Below, in pieces: positions 57,689-64,000 of a stretch of 64,000 bases of DNA (the first letter of the stretch is position 1; the number at the start of each line of letters is the position of its first letter). Source of the stretch: Clostridia bacterium (GTDB taxonomy: Bacteria > Bacillota > Clostridia > Peptostreptococcales > Anaerovoracaceae); NCBI GenBank assembly GCA_900754795.1, contig CAAEEA010000081.1, positions 6,314 through 70,313 on the forward strand, read 5' to 3'. The notes below the pieces were generated by a model. That model had not been told where the DNA came from, did no database searches, and saw only the letters and a program-made list of their open reading frames with translations. A program made the translations under genes and the position numbers.

Positions 57689-59001
57689 CTGCCGGATATC
57701 TCAGATTCTCTTTGCTGTTTCTTTTCTGAAGCCAGATACCGCCTGAGTATTATCATAAACAGGGTGAACACGACCAGACCTTTGGCGCAGCTTGATATGG
57801 TAATGCTCCACCATATCCCGTCCAGACCCAGCGCGGTAGCTGACAGGATAATCGCCATCGGGATCCGGGACAGATTTCCGAGAATACCTGTTACAGTCGG
57901 CGGTATCGGTCTTCCCATGCCCTGAAAAGCTCCCGCGGAGGTTATCTCCACACACATCAGAAGCTGAGAGAATCCCATTATTCTCAGATATGACACGCCT
58001 ATGGGAAGTACGTCCGGTTCAGTGATAAAAATTTTAAACAGCGGCGCGGGAAATACGATCAGGAGCACAGAAGTAAATATACTCCATACTATCATCATAC
58101 TTATGGCTGTAGAAAAGCCTTTTTTTATCCGTTCAGGTTTCCCCGCCCCGAAGTTTTGCGCTATAAAAGCGTTTATCGCGCTGCCGAAGCCGTCCGCCGT
58201 CATATATGATATGGATTCTATCTGAGCTCCCACCTTCTGAGCCGCTATGGCGGCGTCTCCCCATCCTGCCACAAGCCTTGCTATTATCATAGACAGGAAA
58301 GCGAAAAACAGGCTCTGTATCGCCACGGGAAGTCCTATCCGCGCCACATCAGCCCATGCTCTCATGTCGCTTTTTTTAAACAGGCGCACATGAGGGAAAA
58401 GAAAGTCATCCTTTCTGGCGGCAAACACAAACATCATGAACACAAGTCCCTGAGCAAGAGATGTGGCCACCGCCGCTCCGGCTACACCCCATTCCGGAAA
58501 CGGACCGACTCCGAAAATAAAAAGAGGATCCAGTACGGCGTTGGCAACAAGACCGACAGATGTGGAGCGCAGTACCGTGGTTCCTGCTCCCATGGCGGTA
58601 AAAAGTCCTGTGCATATCTGACTTGAAAAAGAAAAAACATATCCGCAGGCTACTATGAGCAGATAGCTCCTCGCGTCAGCTATGACTTCGGGACTGTTAA
58701 GTCTGAAAAAACTTATCAGCGGACCGTTGAAAAATATACACACCGCCGTGAAAGCCGCCATAAGGACAGCTCCCATATGAAAAGCCGCCTGAGCATATCC
58801 CGCCGCTCTTTCCACATCACCGGCCCCTATGGCCTGAGCCGATTTCACCTGGCTTCCTATACGGGGGATGACCGCCAGTCCGTATGCTATATTCAGATAC
58901 ATGCCCGCCGCCCCTACAGATGCCACTGCGTCGGCGGACAGTCTGCCTATCCACAGCATATCTATAAGGTTATAAGCCATCTGCACCAGCGACGTTCCCA
59001 T
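57685..59001 (-). CDS. MATE family efflux transporter; the 5' end is unresolved.
   Basis: 12-TM MATE pattern. The conserved N-terminal sequence continues 23 codons upstream of the first ATG (see finding). Confidence 0.8.
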   Translation of the reverse strand: MGTSLVQMAYNLIDMLWIGRLSADAVASVGAAGMYLNIAYGLAVIPRIGSQVKSAQAIGAGDVERAAGYAQAAFHMGAVLMAAFTAVCIFFNGPLISFFRLNSPEVIADARSYLLIVACGYVFSFSSQICTGLFTAMGAGTTVLRSTSVGLVANAVLDPLFIFGVGPFPEWGVAGAAVATSLAQGLVFMMFVFAARKDDFLFPHVRLFKKSDMRAWADVARIGLPVAIQSLFFAFLSMIIARLVAGWGDAAIAAQKVGAQIESISYMTADGFGSAINAFIAQNFGAGKPERIKKGFSTAISMMIVWSIFTSVLLIVFPAPLFKIFITEPDVLPIGVSYLRIMGFSQLLMCVEITSAGAFQGMGRPIPPTVTGILGNLSRIPMAIILSATALGLDGIWWSITISSCAKGLVVFTLFMIILRRYLASEKKQQRESEISGS

Positions 59002-59082
59002 TATCGGAAGCGCCAGCCTTATCAGGGCGGGAACTATCCTGCCGTTTAAGAGATCAACCTTTTGCGTATTTCACATCTCCTT

Positions 59083-60546
59083 TCATCTGAGTTTCAGGAG
59101 CCCTACGGCTTCTGTCCTGCCTGTCCACGGGAACATATCGACCGGTGTGACTTCCTGAAGTTCATACCCGGCGGCGTCAAGTTCCCGGATATCCCGTGCC
59201 ATCGTCGCGGGATCGCAGGATACATAAATTATTCTGTCAACGCCCAGATCCGCTACCGATTTGAGAAGCTCCGGACGGCAGCCGGCTCTCGGCGGGTCTA
59301 TCACCGCAACATCCGCTATGAGAGCGGGGTTCCCGTCTCCCATGTCTTTCTTCATAAGTTTCTGCAGCTCTTCCTCTGCACGTCCGCAGACATATACGGC
59401 GTTTACTACGCCGTTTATCACCGCGTTTCTGTTCGCGTCAATCACCGCTTCTCGGACAGACTCTATGCCGATAACTCTTCCGTTTCCGCCTTTTTGGCGC
59501 ATATCGTCAGCGCAGAAAAGACCTATGGATCCTACGCCGCAATACAGATCCAGAACCGTTTCATCGCCCTGAAGGTCTGCATATTGCAGCACCTTTTCGT
59601 AAAGTCTGACCATCTGCTCCGGATTGACCTGATAAAAAGACGCCGGCGATATTTCAAAATCGAGATTTCCAATATGTTCATTTATCACGGGTTTTCCGGC
59701 CAGAACCTTCCATTCTCCGCCGAAAACATCGCCGCCGTTCTTTCCTTTTTTTATGTTGAGCACAACGCTTTCAAGGCTGTAAGTTATCCCGCCCGGACCT
59801 TCCGGAAGCCGGGCAATCTCATCGTCTAACATAGATATGAGTTTGGATGCTCCCGGTATGCCTTTTCCGTTGATGACGAGAATGACCATCACCTCTCCTG
59901 TGCCGAAAGCTGTCCTGACCGCCAGGTGTCTCATGAGACCCTTATCCCAGCGCTCATCGTAAGAAGTTATATTATCTTCTTTCATGAACTTTCTCAGCAC
60001 CCTCGCGGCGGCCATGGCCGGAGGCGCCTGCAGCATACAGTCTCCGCAGTCAGTCACATCGTGGCTCTTTGCTCTGTAAAAGCCTATCCTCGGTTCGTGT
60101 ACCGGCACCGTAACGCCGCCTTTTTTTGTGATAAGCCCTCCTGTGCTAACAGGCATCACCGCCTTGTTTCTGTAATTAAACGGGTTTTCCATGCCTACGG
60201 ACGGATTCACTTCAGGATCCGCTATGCCGCCCAGCCGCCGCAGTTTTTCTCTCACCTGTTTTGTCTTAACTTCAAGCTGGCTTTTGTAATCCAGGTTCTG
60301 GTACGTACAGCCGCCGCATTGGCCTGCCCACGGGCAGCGGGCCGGGATCCTGTCCGGCGAATATTTTACATAACCGGTCACAGTTCCCAGAGCATAGTTT
60401 TTTTTAAGTTTTGTAAGCTGCACTTCCACCACATCTCCGGGTACGGCGTCTCCCGCGAACACGGCCAGACCGTCAGCTTTTCCTATTCCTTTTCCTTCTG
60501 CGGAAATATCTTCTATTGTGATCTTTACCTTATCTCCCTTTTCCAT
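59083..60546 (-). CDS. TRAM-domain 23S rRNA (uracil-5-)-methyltransferase (RumA/RlmD family).
   Basis: N-terminal TRAM (ITIEDISAEGKGIGK), Cys cluster CPWAGQCGGC, SAM motif DLYCGVGSIG, and C-terminal catalytic Cys region YVSCDP. Confidence 0.85.
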   Translation of the reverse strand: MEKGDKVKITIEDISAEGKGIGKADGLAVFAGDAVPGDVVEVQLTKLKKNYALGTVTGYVKYSPDRIPARCPWAGQCGGCTYQNLDYKSQLEVKTKQVREKLRRLGGIADPEVNPSVGMENPFNYRNKAVMPVSTGGLITKKGGVTVPVHEPRIGFYRAKSHDVTDCGDCMLQAPPAMAAARVLRKFMKEDNITSYDERWDKGLMRHLAVRTAFGTGEVMVILVINGKGIPGASKLISMLDDEIARLPEGPGGITYSLESVVLNIKKGKNGGDVFGGEWKVLAGKPVINEHIGNLDFEISPASFYQVNPEQMVRLYEKVLQYADLQGDETVLDLYCGVGSIGLFCADDMRQKGGNGRVIGIESVREAVIDANRNAVINGVVNAVYVCGRAEEELQKLMKKDMGDGNPALIADVAVIDPPRAGCRPELLKSVADLGVDRIIYVSCDPATMARDIRELDAAGYELQEVTPVDMFPWTGRTEAVGLLKLR

Positions 60547-61105
60547 ATGTCCTCAGCATCTCCCTGTATTCTTCCGGGGTATTTATATTTATCATGCTCC
60601 GGTCGTCAGCCTCAACGGTTTCAAAGCCAAAAGCCTCTATTATATCTATGACCTTCCTGTTTCCGCCGGTCAGCTCTCTCCTGATAAAATCCGCCGCCGC
60701 TTTGGGATATATACCTACAAGAGGCTGAATCGTCCCGGCGCCGCGGGCCACCACTATCTTATCTGTTCTCCGGGCCGCCTCCCGCAGTTTTCCGGCCAGT
60801 TCTCCGCTTACGAAAGGCATGTCGCACGGCACTGTCATCAGCCGTCCGCACCGGCAAAAATCAAGAGCCGTTACTATTCCGGCCGCCGGTCCCATTCCCG
60901 CCAGTTCTTTTTCATCAGCAAGGGTTACGAATCCGTCAACAGTCATATCGCGGTTAGACGATAAGATTTTTTCGTCAAAGTCTTTAAGCTGCCCCGCGAT
61001 CTTTTCGATGAAAGTCTCTTCTCCGATTTTAAGTTTCTCCTTATCTGCTCCCATCCTGAGGGATCTTCCTCCGGCCAGGATCAGAAGACCCGGTTTCTTT
61101 TCCAT
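60530..61105 (-). CDS. mobA: Molybdenum cofactor guanylyltransferase.
   Basis: LILAGGRSLRMGADK motif. Confidence 0.8.
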   Translation of the reverse strand: MEKKPGLLILAGGRSLRMGADKEKLKIGEETFIEKIAGQLKDFDEKILSSNRDMTVDGFVTLADEKELAGMGPAAGIVTALDFCRCGRLMTVPCDMPFVSGELAGKLREAARRTDKIVVARGAGTIQPLVGIYPKAAADFIRRELTGGNRKVIDIIEAFGFETVEADDRSMININTPEEYREMLRTYGKGR

Positions 61106-61167
61106 GCTAACAATTATACACGACCCCCGAAATTAAAACAACTTTTTTGACGAGGGAGTATTTTTTC

Positions 61168-61197
61168 TTGTAAAAGCATCTCTACATTTTGTATAAT
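61168..61197 (+). promoter_or_regulatory. Sigma-A type promoter for the molybdoenzyme operon.
   Basis: TTGTAA, 18 nt, extended -10 TGTATAAT, about 25 nt before AAAGGAGG-ATG. Confidence 0.5.
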
Positions 61198-61220
61198 CAA
61201 ATTAAAAGGAGGCCTGAGAA

Positions 61221-61742
61221 ATGAGCAGAACAGGTTTTATCTATAATATGAACACTTGCCTTGGGTGCGGTAACTGCCAGGTGGCGTGCAAACAGTCTCA
61301 CGGGCTCAGGGACGGAGAATTTTTCCGCCGCGTCATCATGCTTAAAAGCGGTCCTTTTTCGGGCGGCTGCAATCACTGCCGGGACGCGGCCTGCGTAAAG
61401 GCCTGCCCTGTCGGAGCCATGTACAGGGCAGAAGACGGAACCACCCGCCACGACGACGGAAAATGCATAGGCTGCGGGTCATGTATGTGGAGCTGTCCTT
61501 ACGGAGCAGTTTCATTCAGTCTTACAAAAGGAGTCACTCAAAAATGTGATTCCTGCGCTGACAGAAGATCCTCCGGGCTTGCCCCCGCATGTGTCGCGGC
61601 CTGCCCTACGGAAAGTTTATCTTTCGGCGAGCTTGACAGCGTCATGGCTACCGTGAGTTTTCTTCCCGATCCCGATATCACGGATCCTTCTCTTTGCATA
61701 AAACTTTCTAAACGATACGGGGAGGTAAAAGGCAATGAATAA
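61221..61742 (+). CDS. 4Fe-4S dicluster protein (DmsB-type electron-transfer subunit).
   Basis: CLGCGNCQVAC, CNHCRDAACVKACP, CIGCGSCMWSCP and CDSC...C..ACP cluster motifs. Confidence 0.85.
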   Translation: MSRTGFIYNMNTCLGCGNCQVACKQSHGLRDGEFFRRVIMLKSGPFSGGCNHCRDAACVKACPVGAMYRAEDGTTRHDDGKCIGCGSCMWSCPYGAVSFSLTKGVTQKCDSCADRRSSGLAPACVAACPTESLSFGELDSVMATVSFLPDPDITDPSLCIKLSKRYGEVKGNE

Positions 61743-62934
61743 ACGGTATCTGATCGCGGGAGCCGGCATTGCCGGCCTGTCAGCGGCCGAGGCCGTCAGA
61801 GAAGCTGACCCCTCCGGCGTTATCATCATGTTTTCCGCCGAAGACTGTCTTCCGTACTCGCGGCCCATGCTGACCAAAGCGCCCCTTTCATCGTTTAATC
61901 CCGATGGCTTCATCATACATGAGCGGAGCTGGTTTGCCGAAAAAAACATAGCGCTCAGGCTTTCTGATCCCGTGACTTCTGTAGACGCAGTCAAAAAAAC
62001 CGTCACGGCCCTGTCCGGTACTTACGGCTATGATAAACTTATCATAGCTTCCGGAGCTGACAGCTTCATCCCTCCTTTTCCGGGCGCTGACCGTGATATG
62101 GTCCGCGCCATAAGGCGAACCGAAGATATCTTCGGTATAAAACCTTCGTGCGGTCCGGGAAGCCGGGCCGTCATCATAGGAGGCGGCGTGATCGGTATCG
62201 AAGCGGCGCTCCAGCTGTACCGCTCCGGAGCTGAAGTCACTGTCCTTGAAGCAATGCCTCACCTTATGGCAAAGCAGATAGACAGGGAGATCTCAGACCT
62301 TATCTGCCGTGAGCTTGACGGCATCATAAAAATACATACAGGCGCCGTGATCAGTTCTATCGAAGAGGATAGCGTTATCCTGTCTGACGGACAAAAATTC
62401 TGCTGCGACATTGTCATAATATCCTGCGGAGTGCGGTCTTCAGTTTCTGTCGCGCCTCCTTCAGTCAAAGCAGCAGGATCAATTCAGATCGACGAACACT
62501 GCCTCACATCTGATCCCGATATCTATGCCGCGGGAGACTGCGCCGCGCGGGACGGAATCAACTATGCCCTGTGGTCGCAGGCCATGGCTCAGGGAAGAAC
62601 CGCGGGACTGAACGCCGCGTCTTCAGATAACAGACACGTTATTGAACCTTTTGACACTTCCCTTGTCATAAACAGTCCTTATCTCAGTCTGTTCGCCGCG
62701 GGCGACCCCGGCAGAAAAGAAGACCGGGAATACGAAACGCGGTATCTCTCCGCCCGGGAAGAAGACAAAACTTTTTACGTTAATCAGTCTCAGGGGAAAC
62801 GTTTTGAAAAACTGTATTATCTTGACGGCCGCCTGACAGGAGCCGCCGTTATAGGGAACCTTTCCCACATGGAAAAACTCAAAGAAGAAATTCTCGGCAT
62901 TCACCCTGCCGTTAGAAAGGAGACCGGCGTATGA
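61735..62934 (+). CDS. FAD-dependent pyridine nucleotide-disulfide oxidoreductase family protein.
   Basis: IAGAGIAGLSAAE (FAD), VIIGGGVIGIEAA (NAD) and AAGDCA motifs. Confidence 0.85.
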   Translation: MNKRYLIAGAGIAGLSAAEAVREADPSGVIIMFSAEDCLPYSRPMLTKAPLSSFNPDGFIIHERSWFAEKNIALRLSDPVTSVDAVKKTVTALSGTYGYDKLIIASGADSFIPPFPGADRDMVRAIRRTEDIFGIKPSCGPGSRAVIIGGGVIGIEAALQLYRSGAEVTVLEAMPHLMAKQIDREISDLICRELDGIIKIHTGAVISSIEEDSVILSDGQKFCCDIVIISCGVRSSVSVAPPSVKAAGSIQIDEHCLTSDPDIYAAGDCAARDGINYALWSQAMAQGRTAGLNAASSDNRHVIEPFDTSLVINSPYLSLFAAGDPGRKEDREYETRYLSAREEDKTFYVNQSQGKRFEKLYYLDGRLTGAAVIGNLSHMEKLKEEILGIHPAVRKETGV

Positions 62935-64000
62935 AAATGGATCTGAGGCATAAATTCCTCAATTATCACGGATTGAGGCTCTTTTTCAGCAGCCTTGACG
63001 ATTTCAGAAAATTCAGCGCTCAGACCGGCCGTCCTTTCGATCTTGGCGATGATGTTTACAGCGATCTGTTTTACGGCACCGACGCTGATATTTATGTCCC
63101 TCTGTGGGCTTCCGTAGCCAAAACGGGACAGGACGTCCTTTTAAATCATGTGACTTTGGATGTCATACGGTTTTACAAGGAATTCGGCTACGAACCGGTC
63201 CGGATGGACGGCAACCCTCCTGATTTCGCGGGGGAGCAGGCTGGTTTCCTTGAGTACCTCGCAGGCTGCGCTCTCAACGGTACGATGGCGGAAGAAGAAG
63301 CCCTCAGCGCCGCGAAAAGATTTGAAGACATGTTCTTTACCGATACCATGCATATGATATCAAGACACATCAGATCTTCCAAAGCGGCAAACGCCGAACC
63401 CGCGCTCTGTGTTATTGACGGGGCTGTGAGCGGCGAATGGCTTTTTGACGGCAGTACGGACAGCATTGCGCTCAACGCTCTTGCAGATAGGCTGATCAGT
63501 CTTTCCCGCCGCAGATCTTCTCCTATACCTGTCGAAGATCAGCGCGTGGTAAGCTTTGCCAGCTGCTCTGACTGCGGGAGCAAATGCAAGATGCTCGCTA
63601 CAGTATGTGAAGGCTGTATCCTCAATATCGAACCTGACAGAAACGGGACTCCCATACGCTTTACGGGCTGTCCCCGCGGACTCGCCTATCCGCAGACCTT
63701 TCTCACCTCAAAGAGGCTGCGTTTTCCAATGGAACGCACAGGTCTTAGAGGCGACGGAAAGTTCCGCAGAATAACATGGAAAGAAGCCACCGAAAAGATC
63801 GCGGCCATAACACGAGAATCAGGGGAAAAATACGGACCGGGTTCACGCTTTGTCATCAACGCCGCAGGTGTTTCCGCGGCTGTCAGAGGAGACCGCTTTA
63901 TGAAAAACCTCCTCGCCCTTGACGGGGGTTATCTGAACTACTATAACTACTACAGCGCCGCCTGCGCCGTATACATCATGCCTTATATATACGGACAGGT
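62931..64000 (+). CDS. TorD/DmsD-like chaperone domain fused to a molybdopterin oxidoreductase (DMSO reductase family) catalytic subunit; the 3' end runs off the window.
   Basis: Absent from the ORF track (no stop in the window). My translation is open from ATG 62931 (ATGA overlap, RBS AAAGGAG). PLWASV...PPDFAGEQAGFLEYLA is the TorD-like pattern. After that come CSDCGSKC (63564-63587), then GCPRG, then the start of the molybdopterin domain. Confidence 0.7.
   Translation, partial: MKMDLRHKFLNYHGLRLFFSSLDDFRKFSAQTGRPFDLGDDVYSDLFYGTDADIYVPLWASVAKTGQDVLLNHVTLDVIRFYKEFGYEPVRMDGNPPDFAGEQAGFLEYLAGCALNGTMAEEEALSAAKRFEDMFFTDTMHMISRHIRSSKAANAEPALCVIDGAVSGEWLFDGSTDSIALNALADRLISLSRRRSSPIPVEDQRVVSFASCSDCGSKCKMLATVCEGCILNIEPDRNGTPIRFTGCPRGLAYPQTFLTSKRLRFPMERTGLRGDGKFRRITWKEATEKIAAITRESGEKYGPGSRFVINAAGVSAAVRGDRFMKNLLALDGGYLNYYNYYSAACAVYIMPYIYGQ

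Overview
This 64-kb window comes from a moderately GC-rich, spore-forming, gut-type Clostridia chromosome. That origin is an inference from spoIIGA-sigE-sigG, cotJABC, a PdaA-like deacetylase, a choloylglycine hydrolase and a cohesin/dockerin gene pair, which together suggest something Oscillospiraceae/Ruminococcaceae-like.

The left ~11 kb (1 to ~10990) is accessory DNA. It starts with a large-serine-recombinase module: the recombinase (cut by the window edge), a 67-aa ORF and a 95-aa winged-HTH ORF. This is followed by a much more AT-rich minus-strand cassette bracketed by a promoter and a terminator. The cassette holds a 61-aa excisionase-type HTH, a 918-aa protein with no motif I can recognise, and a translationally coupled 1616-aa SF2 DEAH helicase. 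The helicase has several Zn-ribbon insertions and a C-terminal DUF1998/MrfA-type Cys module.

This cassette is the best candidate for the special system. Its architecture matches Druantia type III (DruH + DruE). I cannot verify the 918-aa partner as DruH from sequence alone, so it may instead be a new partner for a COG1205 helicase.

The other ~53 kb looks like ordinary core genome:
- Housekeeping and sporulation: a GGGtGRT/NifU-like pair, an ABC-2 exporter, a surface 5'-nucleotidase, the sporulation sigma cluster, infC-rpmI-rplT behind an attenuator leader, tRNA-Arg(CCG), lexA, potABCD, cotJABC, gap and mobA.
- Metabolism: an aminotransferase/FGGY-kinase/aldolase operon.
- Surface: a cohesin-like anchor next to a GH25 muramidase with a dockerin, and an MBOAT/SGNH pair.
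- Signalling and regulation: a small alarmone synthetase, a KdpD-C-like two-component system, and a TetR-controlled flavodoxin/DUF362 operon.
- A molybdoenzyme cluster whose catalytic subunit is fused to a TorD-like chaperone and runs off the right edge.

I saw no rRNA, CRISPR array, transposase or phage structural genes. All family assignments come from reading motifs by eye; no database search was run.
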